The notes: generated by a model not told the origin, from the letters alone. DNA of 64,000 nucleotides from an uncultured Rikenella sp. (GCA_964535795.1 CAZHTG010000011.1:2227-66226), one strand, 5' to 3'. Counted from the stretch's first letter, positions 27,280 through 37,041 are shown. Numbers and translations are program-made.

Positions 27280-28380
27280 TTACTTCGACGCACCCTCTTC
27301 AACCAGCACCTCACCCTTGATCATCAGCATGACCTCCGAGTTCTTCGGGTCATTGGTATAAACAAATATGTTCTTGTAAATCTGACCTTTGTAGCCTCCT
27401 GAATTGAATTTTGCCTTTATCGAACTCCTGGCTCCAGGCTTGATTACATTCTCGGTGGGCATGAGTGCGGTGCAGCCGCAGCCTGACTTGACATGCCTGA
27501 TCACCAGGTCACTCTTGCCCTCATTCGTGAAGACAAACTCAACGTCAGCCGAAGCATTTTGCTTAACTGTGCCGAAGTTAACCGTGTTGGACTCCAGCTT
27601 GAAGACCGGCGCACTGGCAAGCTCCTGACTCGAAAGCCCTGAGAAATCCTCAACCAGGTTGGCCGATACATAGAGATAAATGTTAGGCAAGGGCTGCCCG
27701 TTCACCTTGAGGCGTACCAGGTCATTCACATTGCCCCAGGCGCTGCTGTTGAGCTTCGCATCATAGGTGCCCTCTATCAGTCCTTTCTCACCGGGCTTGA
27801 TGGTGGCAGGACTAACCTTCAGTGACAGGTGGGCAGGCAGACCTTCAAACTCAATGGTGGCAGGCTCTTTGGATGTGTTGACCACAGGCATAACCCTGAT
27901 CTTTTTCTCGGTCTTCTTGGTTGTCGTGAAGGCCAGATGGTTAGATTCAAATCTCACGGGGCCTACAGCAAAGGTATAGAGCTCCTCAATAGTCTTCTCA
28001 CGAGGAACTACCTGCCCCTCAATAATGAGAACCGTAACTGACGGTTTTGCATTCGAATATACGGATATGCTCTTGGCAAACTTACTGTTATAACCTCGGG
28101 GGTCAAAGACTGCTGTGACAAATCCCTTGCCTCCGGGAGGCACAGGTGATTTTGTATAGTCGGAGGCAGTGCATCCGCACCCGGGCTGTACCCTGGTTAA
28201 TACAAGCACGGAATCACCGGTGTTGGTGAAACTGAAGACAGCCTCCTGCTTGCCTGCTGCTTCCTTAATGGTTCCGTAATCATGACGGGTGTTGGCAAAA
28301 TTCAGCTTCGGCTGCGCTGCCAGTCCGGCAACCATAACTAAAAACATCAATACTGTTAAAATCCGTTTCATATTAGTCAT
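27280..28380 (-). CDS. Secreted protein with repeated DUF1573 domains.
   Basis: Signal peptide. The DUF1573 signature occurs twice: VQPGCGCTASDY and VKSGCGCTALMP. Confidence 0.75.
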   Translation of the reverse strand: MTNMKRILTVLMFLVMVAGLAAQPKLNFANTRHDYGTIKEAAGKQEAVFSFTNTGDSVLVLTRVQPGCGCTASDYTKSPVPPGGKGFVTAVFDPRGYNSKFAKSISVYSNAKPSVTVLIIEGQVVPREKTIEELYTFAVGPVRFESNHLAFTTTKKTEKKIRVMPVVNTSKEPATIEFEGLPAHLSLKVSPATIKPGEKGLIEGTYDAKLNSSAWGNVNDLVRLKVNGQPLPNIYLYVSANLVEDFSGLSSQELASAPVFKLESNTVNFGTVKQNASADVEFVFTNEGKSDLVIRHVKSGCGCTALMPTENVIKPGARSSIKAKFNSGGYKGQIYKNIFVYTNDPKNSEVMLMIKGEVLVEEGASK

Positions 28381-28396
28381 TTTTTACTTCCTGTAT

Positions 28397-28571
28397 GGCA
28401 GGATAAACCTTAAATTTTTCAAACAGTTAACAAAAATCAGGCCGGATAAACTGTAAATATTCCAAACAGCTAATAAAAATCAGGCCCGGTAAACGACAAA
28501 AGCTCCAATCAGATAACAATGATCGGGCCGAATATATTGCGTCATTTTAAACACCAAAATTAATAAAAATC
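28397..28571. repeat. Degenerate tandem array of about 43 bp, 3 to 4 units.
   Basis: Unit 1 (28397-28439) is ggcaggataaaccttaaatttttcaaacagttaacaaaaatca. Unit 2 (28440-28482) is ggccggataaactgtaaatattccaaacagctaataaaaatca, matching unit 1 at 36 of 43 positions by hand alignment. Units 3 (28483-28524) and 4 (28525-28571) are progressively decayed. Confidence 0.75.
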
Positions 28572-28604
28572 GATAAGCCTCTGTTTTTTTAATGCTTTAT
28601 CCAT

Positions 28605-28612
28605 TAGTTTTG
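28605..28612 (+). promoter_or_regulatory. Candidate -7 box (TAgtTTTG) for the 1090-aa gene.
   Basis: tagttttg lies 66 nt upstream of ATG 28678. Confidence 0.35.
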
Positions 28613-28677
28613 TCTCACGGATCCGCTCATTTGGAACAGATTTTGCTCGAACCAGTGAGAGCGTTCTGCTTTTGCTT

Positions 28678-31600
28678 ATGAGAAGAAAAAAACTCTTCAT
28701 ACCGCTTTTAGCAATTCTCAGTTTATTGCCGGTAACGCCGGCATCAGGCCAGTTCTATAACGGCATGCAGATGACCTTTGGCAAGAACCGGATTCAACAT
28801 AAGGATTTCTACTGGACCTATTTCAGGTTTGACGACATAGACTGCTACTATAATGAGTTCGGCCGCCAGGTAGCTGAGTACGCCTCAAAAGTGGCTCATG
28901 AAAAACTCAATGAGATAGAGGATTATTTTGATTATACGCTTGACAAACGCCTGATACTGATTGTTTACAACAAGCAGAACGACTTCCGGCAGAGCAACAT
29001 AGGATTGATATCCACAGAGGATGACTACAATGTGGGGGGCTACAGCAAGGTCATCAAAAACAAGGTCATGCTCTGGTTCAACGGTGACAGGGAGGAGTTC
29101 AGCAAGCTCATAGCCTCAGCCATTGCCGAAGTGGTGGTCTATGAGATGCTTTACAATGGAGATATGCGTGACAGGGTAACCAGCAACTCCCGGATACAGA
29201 TCCCTGACTGGTACATCAAGGGGCTTATCAATTATGTCGCCTTTGGGTGGGACAGCGAGACTGACAACCGGGTCAGGGACGGCTTTGAGAACGGCAGGTA
29301 CAGGAACCTTGACAACCTGGAGTACGAAGAGGCAGTCTATGCAGGTCACTCGTTCTGGAAATACATAGGCGAAACCTACGGTGACGCCATAATACCGAAC
29401 ATCATATACCTCTCCAAAATTTACAAAAACATTGAAGATGGGTTCCTTTACGGGCTGGGAAAAAGCATCAAAGACACCTACCGGGACTGGAAGAGCTACT
29501 ATGACAATTACTACGCTGTGAAGCCGGGAGAAGATTATGGCAAGCCCCGCGAGATAAGAAAGTCAAAAACCTTTGAACGTTTCACCCAGGTGAAAGTCAG
29601 TCCCGATGGCCGCTATGTGGCATGGGTATCTAATGATTGGGGAAAACGGAAAATATGGCTCTATGACACGTCTGAAGGAAAAGCCAGGAAGATATTTACG
29701 GTCGAGCCCAAATTTGAACAGACGGTTGACCACACCTATCCCGTCCTGACATGGCATCCCGGAGGGCAGATACTGACATTCGCCAATGAGGAGAAGGGAG
29801 GCGTCGAGCTCTATTTTTACAGGCTTGACCAGAAGAAGTTTGAACAACGCACAATGCCTTTCTTTGAAAAGGTCCTTTCACTTTCATACTCACCTGACGG
29901 AACGAGGCTGTTGGTATCTGCCGTGATTAACGGAATGACGGATATCTTCATACACACAATCATCAGCGGCACCAACGAGCGGATAACCTTTGACGCGGCT
30001 GATGATCTTAACCCTTCCTTCATCAGGGGGAAGGATGAGATCATGATATTTTCGTCGAACAGGCTGACCGACACGCTCAGCAACAGGGCTGACCCCCAGG
30101 AGCGTACCGGGCTGACCTTTAACCTTTTCACTTATGATCTGCGGGCACGTAACGGCCTGCTGACGCGGCTTGACGAAGGCACCCTGCATGACTACCTGAA
30201 CCCGATTGGTGCAACGACTGCCTCAACCGGGTTTCTGGGCAACGGAAACGGTATCATGAACTTTTACAATGCCACTATTGACAGTGCTATCGCCTTTATT
30301 GACACCACCCTGCACTACAGCTACTTCATCAATTCCCGCCAGGCTACCGATTTCCCGAGGAACCTGGAAGCCTTTGACAGAAAAGGCGGACAGGATGCTG
30401 CCGTAATATATGACAAAGGGCGTTACAGGCTTCTGACCGGATCAACCGCGGAGGCACCTGCCGTCAGCAGCAATGATATCAAAACAACGGAATGGCGGGC
30501 CGAACAGACGACCATGCTGCAGGCGGCAGACAGCATCAACCAGCTCAGAGACTGGCTCCTGGCAGAACGCGCAAGGATGAATGACACACTTCAGAAACCG
30601 CTCTACGAATATTACGCCACCAATGAGCCGATCGACTTCCGTAATTATGTCTTTGAAAAGGAGAAGGAAAACTTCTATGAACTGCAGTGGCGGAAGGATT
30701 ATATGGATATCGACCTCGATACCTCCCGCATGGAGATGCCTGATGCCCTGGTCTACAGGCCGGCATTCTATAACAATTACTCTGCAACCCAGATAGACTT
30801 CAACTTCCTGAACAATACCTACCAGGCATACAACGGGGGAGCTCCCTACTTCAACCCCGGACTGAACATGCTGTTCAAGATAGGGACTCTTGATCTCTTT
30901 GAGGATTATCGTATTACCGGAGGATTCAGATTCTCCGGCAACTTTGACAGCAACGAATACCTTGTCAGCCTCGAGGCACTGAGGGGCAAGTTTGACAAAC
31001 AGGTCATTTTCCATAAACAGTCGTTCGACAGCTACAATGACTCCAGCTACTATAAGATAAATAGTTTTACCACTTACCTGTCGCTCAGGAAACCCCTGAG
31101 CGCCGTCCTCTCACTTAAAGGAACCCTAACCTACAGGTATGACAACTATATTATCCAGTCGACTGACCAGTCCACCCTGATGGCTCCGTCATTTGAACGG
31201 CACTGGGCCGGAGTCAAGGCTGAGGTGATCTATGACAACACCCGGAAGCGTACCATCAATATCTACAACGGGACCAGGTTCAAGTTCTTCGGAGAATACT
31301 TCCGGGAGGTGACTGAAAAGAAGAGTGACCTGTTCGTTCTCGGAGCCGACATAAGGCACTATCAGAAGATCCATCGTGACCTGATATGGGCCAACAGGTT
31401 TGCCGGAAGCACCTCGTTCGGCCCGTCGCGGCTGATATACTACCTTGGCGGCGTAGACAACTGGATGGGGTACCTCTTCAATAAAGTACCCATGTTCGAC
31501 CAGACCGTACCGGTAAACCCGGCTGTGAATTACGGTTTTCAGGCACTGGCAACCAACATGAGAGGGTTTACACAGAACATACGCAACGGAAGCAACTTCG

Positions 31601-31950
31601 CACTCATCAACAGCGAATTGCGCTGGCCTGTCGTGAGATATTTTGCCGGCCATCCCCTTCGCTCCAACTTCCTGAACAGCTTACAGGTAGTGGGATTCTA
31701 CGATATCGGTATGGCATGGTCAGGCTGGGACCCGTGGGGCAATGAAAACTACTGGCAGGACAAGATCTACCAGAACGGCCCGGTGCTGGTCACCCTCGAT
31801 GCAATGCGCGAACCCCTGGTGATGGGCTTCGGAGCCGGTGCCAGGGCTCAGATCTTCGGCTACTTCGTGAGAGCTGACTACGCATGGGGAATTGATAACG
31901 GTTATCTCCTTCCCCCAATCTTCTACCTCTCCTTCAGCCTTGATTTCTGA
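28678..31950 (+). CDS. Large outer-membrane protein: N-terminal globular region, PD40/TolB-like beta-propeller repeats, and an Omp85/BamA-superfamily-like C-terminal beta-barrel.
   Basis: The track starts at TTG 28672; the ATG at 28678 gives MRRKKLFIPLLAILSLLPVTPASGQ. PD40-like repeats: VSPDGRYVAWVSN...KIWLYD and YSPDGTRLLVSAV...DIFIHT. The C-terminus (FGYFVRADYAWG...IFYLSFSLDF) ends in Phe, as in outer-membrane barrels. Confidence 0.5.
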   Translation: MRRKKLFIPLLAILSLLPVTPASGQFYNGMQMTFGKNRIQHKDFYWTYFRFDDIDCYYNEFGRQVAEYASKVAHEKLNEIEDYFDYTLDKRLILIVYNKQNDFRQSNIGLISTEDDYNVGGYSKVIKNKVMLWFNGDREEFSKLIASAIAEVVVYEMLYNGDMRDRVTSNSRIQIPDWYIKGLINYVAFGWDSETDNRVRDGFENGRYRNLDNLEYEEAVYAGHSFWKYIGETYGDAIIPNIIYLSKIYKNIEDGFLYGLGKSIKDTYRDWKSYYDNYYAVKPGEDYGKPREIRKSKTFERFTQVKVSPDGRYVAWVSNDWGKRKIWLYDTSEGKARKIFTVEPKFEQTVDHTYPVLTWHPGGQILTFANEEKGGVELYFYRLDQKKFEQRTMPFFEKVLSLSYSPDGTRLLVSAVINGMTDIFIHTIISGTNERITFDAADDLNPSFIRGKDEIMIFSSNRLTDTLSNRADPQERTGLTFNLFTYDLRARNGLLTRLDEGTLHDYLNPIGATTASTGFLGNGNGIMNFYNATIDSAIAFIDTTLHYSYFINSRQATDFPRNLEAFDRKGGQDAAVIYDKGRYRLLTGSTAEAPAVSSNDIKTTEWRAEQTTMLQAADSINQLRDWLLAERARMNDTLQKPLYEYYATNEPIDFRNYVFEKEKENFYELQWRKDYMDIDLDTSRMEMPDALVYRPAFYNNYSATQIDFNFLNNTYQAYNGGAPYFNPGLNMLFKIGTLDLFEDYRITGGFRFSGNFDSNEYLVSLEALRGKFDKQVIFHKQSFDSYNDSSYYKINSFTTYLSLRKPLSAVLSLKGTLTYRYDNYIIQSTDQSTLMAPSFERHWAGVKAEVIYDNTRKRTINIYNGTRFKFFGEYFREVTEKKSDLFVLGADIRHYQKIHRDLIWANRFAGSTSFGPSRLIYYLGGVDNWMGYLFNKVPMFDQTVPVNPAVNYGFQALATNMRGFTQNIRNGSNFALINSELRWPVVRYFAGHPLRSNFLNSLQVVGFYDIGMAWSGWDPWGNENYWQDKIYQNGPVLVTLDAMREPLVMGFGAGARAQIFGYFVRADYAWGIDNGYLLPPIFYLSFSLDF

Positions 31951-31968
31951 CAGTACAAAAGCATCACT

Positions 31969-33168
31969 ATGGTATCAGAAAAAAGAGTGCTTCAGGAAGC
32001 TGAAGCCCTGCTTCCGGAGATAATCCAGATCAGGAGGCATATCCACCAGCATCCTGAACTCTCGTATGCAGAGCACGAAACGGCCGCATTCATCAGCCGG
32101 GTACTCACTGATGAAGGCATTGAACACCTCAGCGGTGTGGCCGGGACAGGGATCATTGGCATTATCAGGGGTGAAGCAGCAGGGAGAGGCCTTACGGCCG
32201 GACTGCGGGCTGACATGGACGCTCTTCCGGTAACAGAGTGCGAGGGTCCTGATTACCGCAGTCAGACCAACGGAGTAATGCACGCCTGCGGTCATGACGC
32301 ACACGTGGCCATGCTGCTTGGTGCCTCCAGAATCATCAACGGCATGCGCAGTGAGTTTGCCGGATCGGTGTTGCTGGTCTTCCAGCCCGGCGAAGAAAAG
32401 GCCCCGGGAGGTGCAAAACTGATAACGGACTCAGGCATACTTGACAGGTACAGACCTGACCTGTTCATCGCCCAGCACGTCGCACCCGAACTGCCGTCAG
32501 GTACAGCAGGCCTCTGCGCAGGACCTGCAATGGCATCATCCGATGAATTCTATATCACGGTGAAAGGCAGGGGCGGCCACGCAGCCAGACCATCGGAATA
32601 CACTGACCAGATACGGATAGCCTCCGAACTGGTGATCGCTCTCAAGGATACTATCACTGCCGCCGCCCTGAATAAAGCCCCCACCGTCATTGGCATCGGA
32701 AAGATTACAGGTCTCGGTGCCACAAACGTGATACCTGAAAAGGTGGAGATCGCGGGTACCTTCAGGACCTTCAGCAGGGAGTGGAGAGAGGAGGCAAAGA
32801 AGTTGATGCACTCCATAGCTGCTGACCTGGCTGCCAGGAATGCCGTCAGCATAGAGATCAGTTTTGTCGGTGGCTACCCCGTTATGATCAATAACCCTGA
32901 GCTTACCGCCAGGGCTGACGCACTGTGTAAATCACTCCTGGGAAATGACAGGGTGACCGGTATTCCGCAGAGAATGGGATCCGAAGATTTTGCATTCTTT
33001 GCAGAACGGTATCCCTCCCTGCTCTACCGCCTGGGGGTCACGCGAAAAGATGATGATATAAGGCATCTGCACACCTCAGTTTTCAATATTGACGAGACGG
33101 CTATGGCTGCCGGAACGGCTGCCCTGACATGGCTGGCACTAAATTTTTTAAGCCTTCCGCAAGGGTGA
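31969..33168 (+). CDS. M20D-family amidohydrolase (N-acyl-L-amino acid amidohydrolase/hippurate hydrolase type).
   Basis: Motifs RRHIHQHPELSYAE, MHACGHDAH and FQPGEE. Confidence 0.85.
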   Translation: MVSEKRVLQEAEALLPEIIQIRRHIHQHPELSYAEHETAAFISRVLTDEGIEHLSGVAGTGIIGIIRGEAAGRGLTAGLRADMDALPVTECEGPDYRSQTNGVMHACGHDAHVAMLLGASRIINGMRSEFAGSVLLVFQPGEEKAPGGAKLITDSGILDRYRPDLFIAQHVAPELPSGTAGLCAGPAMASSDEFYITVKGRGGHAARPSEYTDQIRIASELVIALKDTITAAALNKAPTVIGIGKITGLGATNVIPEKVEIAGTFRTFSREWREEAKKLMHSIAADLAARNAVSIEISFVGGYPVMINNPELTARADALCKSLLGNDRVTGIPQRMGSEDFAFFAERYPSLLYRLGVTRKDDDIRHLHTSVFNIDETAMAAGTAALTWLALNFLSLPQG

Positions 33169-33177
33169 ATTTTATTT

Positions 33178-33185
33178 TATATTTG
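33178..33185 (+). promoter_or_regulatory. Candidate -7 box (TAtaTTTG) for the ferredoxin gene.
   Basis: tatatttg lies 62 nt upstream of ATG 33247. Confidence 0.4.
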
Positions 33186-33246
33186 GTAGGAACTTAAAAA
33201 AATAAAGGATAATTTTACGCCCGTAATCTTTAAAAACAAATCAATA

Positions 33247-33414
33247 ATGGCTTACAAAATTTCAGATGACTGCACAGCTTGCGGAACCTGTATAGATGAA
33301 TGTCCGGTTGAGGCTATATCTGAGGGTGATATCTATAAGATTGACCCGGATATATGTACCGATTGTGGTGCCTGCGCCGACGTTTGCCCCGTAGAGGCAA
33401 TTCATCCGGTATAA
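33247..33414 (+). CDS. fdx: 2x[4Fe-4S] clostridial-type ferredoxin (55 aa), below the ORF-track length cutoff.
   Basis: Hand translation: MAYKISDDCTACGTCIDECPVEAISEGDIYKIDPDICTDCGACADVCPVEAIHPV*. It carries two CxxCxxCxxxCP motifs and has its own promoter box and terminator. Confidence 0.85.
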   Translation: MAYKISDDCTACGTCIDECPVEAISEGDIYKIDPDICTDCGACADVCPVEAIHPV

Positions 33415-33439
33415 CCCGCATTTACATTTACCAGATCCG

Positions 33440-33472
33440 GAAGCTGTCTGCAAGGGCAGCTTCTTTTTTTTT
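33440..33472 (+). terminator. Rho-independent terminator after the ferredoxin gene.
   Basis: Stem gaagctg(tc) pairs with (gg)cagcttc, followed by a T9 run at 33464-33472. The stop codon of the convergent gene (33471) sits in the T-run. Confidence 0.6.
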
Positions 33473-34529
33473 AGTCCGGACTGTACCTGGCACCGGTCAT
33501 TATGGCCTGAAGGTCGGTCATACTCATAAGCTCCGCCAGAGTTATTTGGGGGTTGTTGTTCATGAATTTTTCTATGATCCGGAATCCTGTCCAGACCACT
33601 GCCCTGCCAGGAGACTCCTCGGTGAAGTAACTGGTAAACGGCGCCTCACCCGTGAATTTACGTATCAGGAACCCGTCAGTGGAAAAGAGAAGATCCCTGC
33701 TGACAAGATATTGCCAGATATCTCCTTCACTGTTCTCGCAGAACTTCATCTGCCGTCCGGTAAAACCATGCAGTATAGTATCAGGCACCGCAGGCATCAT
33801 CCTCCTTGTAAAGTAAACCAGTTTGGCTTCATGAAGCATGGTATTGAGAAGTGTCTTGGTTCCGTATCCCGCAGAATTGTAATCCCACTCCGTTGATGCC
33901 CAGGCGTACATACAGTCGGAGGCAGTATAGGCCGGCGTCATCTTGCGCGCCTGGTAGCTGAAAATGCCCAGCGGGGGGTAGTATTCTGAGTCAGCACCAA
34001 GATAACGGTCGAGACTGATCATAAGCAGCGAGTCATTGATAATAATACTGTTATTGAAGACCGAAATGCAGGTAATAACCTCCGGAACAACCCTGCCGGG
34101 GAAGTAATACCTGTAGTGACTGAACGCACTCTCGAGCTCCTGCCTGAGCGGCCCGTTGTCCGGCCACACGCGCTTAACCTCGTCCCACAGTTCAAGATTG
34201 CGCAGGTCAGTGGCAAAAAGGATGAAGGCCGACTTCCATCTTTCGTCCGAGGGGTCACCCAGTCCAATGACGGTGCTGTATGTTGTCAGTGCATCTCCGT
34301 ACTCCTGCTTCAGCAAGTCTGCCTTGCCGTCCATTTCGTTTGGCGGAGTCTCAAAAATATCCTTCCCAAGGTCACGTATTGACAGGTTACACTCAATGCC
34401 TTTGATATTTACCCTGTAGGGATCGCGGTGGCATGCAGTGAAAGCCAGAAGGAGACATAGTGACACTGTCAGCCTTAAGAATGTTGAACTATGGGTCATA
34501 TATGAGGTAATATCATGTTGATCATACAA
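33471..34529 (-). CDS. GldB-like (gliding-motility-associated) lipoprotein.
   Basis: Lipoprotein signal LLAFTACHRD. Overall layout and motifs (FSHYRYYFPG...PEVITCIS...LMISLDRYLG) resemble GldB as I remember it. Its position next to nadE matches my recollection of the gldB neighbourhood in other Bacteroidota. An alternative start is Met11 at 34499. Confidence 0.5.
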   Translation of the reverse strand: MYDQHDITSYMTHSSTFLRLTVSLCLLLAFTACHRDPYRVNIKGIECNLSIRDLGKDIFETPPNEMDGKADLLKQEYGDALTTYSTVIGLGDPSDERWKSAFILFATDLRNLELWDEVKRVWPDNGPLRQELESAFSHYRYYFPGRVVPEVITCISVFNNSIIINDSLLMISLDRYLGADSEYYPPLGIFSYQARKMTPAYTASDCMYAWASTEWDYNSAGYGTKTLLNTMLHEAKLVYFTRRMMPAVPDTILHGFTGRQMKFCENSEGDIWQYLVSRDLLFSTDGFLIRKFTGEAPFTSYFTEESPGRAVVWTGFRIIEKFMNNNPQITLAELMSMTDLQAIMTGARYSPD

Positions 34530-34547
34530 AATAAGGACATTTATTTA

Positions 34548-34555
34548 TAATTTTG
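34548..34555 (+). promoter_or_regulatory. Candidate -7 box (TAatTTTG) for the beta-barrel gene.
   Basis: taattttg lies 54 nt upstream of ATG 34609. Confidence 0.4.
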
Positions 34556-34608
34556 CCCGGCAAGCAATGAGAAGATGTAACCAACATGTCATCAGAACCA
34601 GAACAGGT

Positions 34609-35292
34609 ATGAAAATAATATCACTGAGGGCGCTGGCTGTCATTTTGCTGGCAGCCTCTTCAATGCGAGGCATCGCACAGGAACTCGAATTTGCGATTCA
34701 TGCCGATCCGGTAATTTCCTGGATGGGCTCTAACGAATCCGAATACGTTGGCGAAGGAGCCAGGGCGGGGTTTGATATCGGCCTCAACGTCCGCCACTTT
34801 TTTGATGATAACTACGCTGTATCATCAGGTATAAGCTTTATCTCCGCCGGCGGGAGACAGAGCCTGACAGAAGATCATACCATGGTGTTCAATAACTTCA
34901 CCCAGTTTATACCGGAAGGAAACGAGATAAAGTACAACCTTCGTTACATAAACATACCGGCTGGACTGCGCCTTCAGACCAACCAGGTCGGATACCTTAC
35001 GTACTTTACAGACCTCGGGTTCGACATCAGGCTGCTGCTTAAATCAACCGTTGACATCCCGGCCATGCAGATCAGCAATGAAAATGCAAAGACGGAAGTT
35101 TACGGTATGAACGCAGGCTGGCACCTCGGCGGAGGAATTGAGTATGAGCTTGGTATCGACCTTTCACTCATCGCGGGGCTCAGCTATGCCCAGGATTTCT
35201 TTGATGTAACCAAGGATCTTGAGGATGTCGGACAGCCGGAAGACAAATCGGGGTTGAGGATGATCAGAATCAGGCTGGGATTGAAGTTCTGA
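34609..35292 (+). CDS. Small outer-membrane beta-barrel protein (OMP_b-brl_2/porin-like).
   Basis: The likely start is Met15 (MKIISLRALAVILLAASSMRGIAQ). Alternating beta-strand pattern; the C-terminus is RLGLKF. Confidence 0.6.
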   Translation: MKIISLRALAVILLAASSMRGIAQELEFAIHADPVISWMGSNESEYVGEGARAGFDIGLNVRHFFDDNYAVSSGISFISAGGRQSLTEDHTMVFNNFTQFIPEGNEIKYNLRYINIPAGLRLQTNQVGYLTYFTDLGFDIRLLLKSTVDIPAMQISNENAKTEVYGMNAGWHLGGGIEYELGIDLSLIAGLSYAQDFFDVTKDLEDVGQPEDKSGLRMIRIRLGLKF

Positions 35293-35302
35293 GGATCCGG
35301 AC

Positions 35303-36964
35303 ATGAAGGTTGCACTTGCACAACTGAATTATTTACCGGGTGATGTCTCAGGCAACAGCAGGAAGATTATAAGCGCAATTGACCATGCCCGCTTACAGGG
35401 CGCAGATCTCATCGTCTTTTCAGAGCTGGCTGTAACCGGATACCCACCGCTAGACCTGCTCCTCAGGAATGACATCATCACAGCCTCCATGGCGGCCGTG
35501 CTTGAAATAGCCTCACACTGTACCGGAATAGCAGCCATCGTTGGCGGCCCCTCGCCCAATACCGGCGTCTTCGGCAAAAGCCTCCACAACTCGGCGTTTT
35601 TCATGCAGGAGGGAAAGGTCCGCGCCGTGGTCAATAAAACCCTGTTGCCCACCTATGACATCTTCGATGAAGACAGGTATTTCCAGCCGGGGACAGTCTT
35701 CCAGACCATCGACCTGAACGGTGAAAGAATAGCTCTGACCATCTGCGAGGATATATGGGATGAACAACCCTTCGGCGACAGAGGGGTCTGGCGGCTCTAC
35801 AGCATCACACCTCTTGATGAGATCATGAAGGAAAACCCTTCGCTCATTATCAACATTGCAGCCAACCCATTCTCGCACAACAGGATAAGGGTGAGAGACG
35901 ATGTTTTTGTCAGGAACGCAAGAGAGTACGGAAAACCCCTTATCTCGGTCAATCAGACAGGCGGTTATACCGAACTCATATTTGACGGCTCATCAGTAGT
36001 GATTGATGCCGACGGAACCATACTTGAGAGGCTGGCATTCTGCGAGGAAGAGGTGAGAATAGTCGAGGTGCCGGTTGAGGGAAGTGACAGAAAGAAATAT
36101 TCATGCCCCTCTCCTTATCCGGATGATATGACAGGCCATATCCACCGGGCCCTGGTCACAGGCATAAGGGACTTCTTTCAAAAGAGCGGATTGAAAAAGG
36201 CTGTAATTGGTCTCTCGGGGGGGATAGACTCAGCGGCGGTACTTGCCCTGGCTTCTGAAGCACTGGGACCGCAGAATACCCTCGCCCTCCTTATGCCTTC
36301 GGTTTATTCTTCAGAACACTCTCTGACCGACTCGCTGCAGATGGTCAAAAACCTGGGGATCCCCTTCCACATCATAAGTATTGAGGAGGCACGCAAGGTG
36401 CTTGAAAATACCGTTAAGCCATTCTTTGGTGACAAGGCCAATGACATTACGGAGGAAAATATCCAGTCGAGGCTGCGGGCGGTCATTCTCATGGCCTTCG
36501 CAAACAAACTCGGATATATGGTGCTGAACACCTCCAACAAGAGTGAAGCCTCGACAGGATACGGCACACTGTACGGAGACATGATCGGAGGTCTTTCCGT
36601 CCTTGGCGATCTGTACAAGACCGATGTCTACAGGCTGGCCAGGGAGATCAACGCCCGTAACGAAATCATCCCCGCAACAATAATCACCAAGCCACCATCG
36701 GCAGAACTTAAACCAGACCAGCTCGATACCGATTCCCTTCCTCCATATGAAAGACTTGACCCGGTACTGTTCAGGTATATCGACCTGGAGAGATCGGCAG
36801 AACAGATTATCGAAGAAGGATTTGACCCCGACCTTGTGGAAAATGTCATAAGGCTCATCCGTACCAGCGAGTTCAAAAGAAGACAGTCGCCCCCGATCCT
36901 CCGTGTCTCTTCCAAAGCCTTCGGCAGTGGCAGAAGAATCCCAATAATTGCAAAATACAGGTAA
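35303..36964 (+). CDS. nadE: Glutamine-dependent NAD+ synthetase (CN-hydrolase domain plus NAD synthetase domain).
   Basis: The N-terminal nitrilase-like domain includes ALTICEDIW. The PP-loop is GLSGGIDSAAV. Length 553 aa. Confidence 0.9.
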   Translation: MKVALAQLNYLPGDVSGNSRKIISAIDHARLQGADLIVFSELAVTGYPPLDLLLRNDIITASMAAVLEIASHCTGIAAIVGGPSPNTGVFGKSLHNSAFFMQEGKVRAVVNKTLLPTYDIFDEDRYFQPGTVFQTIDLNGERIALTICEDIWDEQPFGDRGVWRLYSITPLDEIMKENPSLIINIAANPFSHNRIRVRDDVFVRNAREYGKPLISVNQTGGYTELIFDGSSVVIDADGTILERLAFCEEEVRIVEVPVEGSDRKKYSCPSPYPDDMTGHIHRALVTGIRDFFQKSGLKKAVIGLSGGIDSAAVLALASEALGPQNTLALLMPSVYSSEHSLTDSLQMVKNLGIPFHIISIEEARKVLENTVKPFFGDKANDITEENIQSRLRAVILMAFANKLGYMVLNTSNKSEASTGYGTLYGDMIGGLSVLGDLYKTDVYRLAREINARNEIIPATIITKPPSAELKPDQLDTDSLPPYERLDPVLFRYIDLERSAEQIIEEGFDPDLVENVIRLIRTSEFKRRQSPPILRVSSKAFGSGRRIPIIAKYR

Positions 36965-37041
36965 CCCCTGCTCACATCCTCAACTACTTGTATTATAGTG
37001 TGTTAAAAAAAGTTAATTTTCTCCTTAAACGACTTTTTTAA

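Noticed and set aside
28397-28571. Could the 43-bp tandem array be a small CRISPR array?
   Set aside because: The units are contiguous with no unique spacers between them, they degenerate progressively, they are A/T-rich and non-palindromic, and no cas genes are present.
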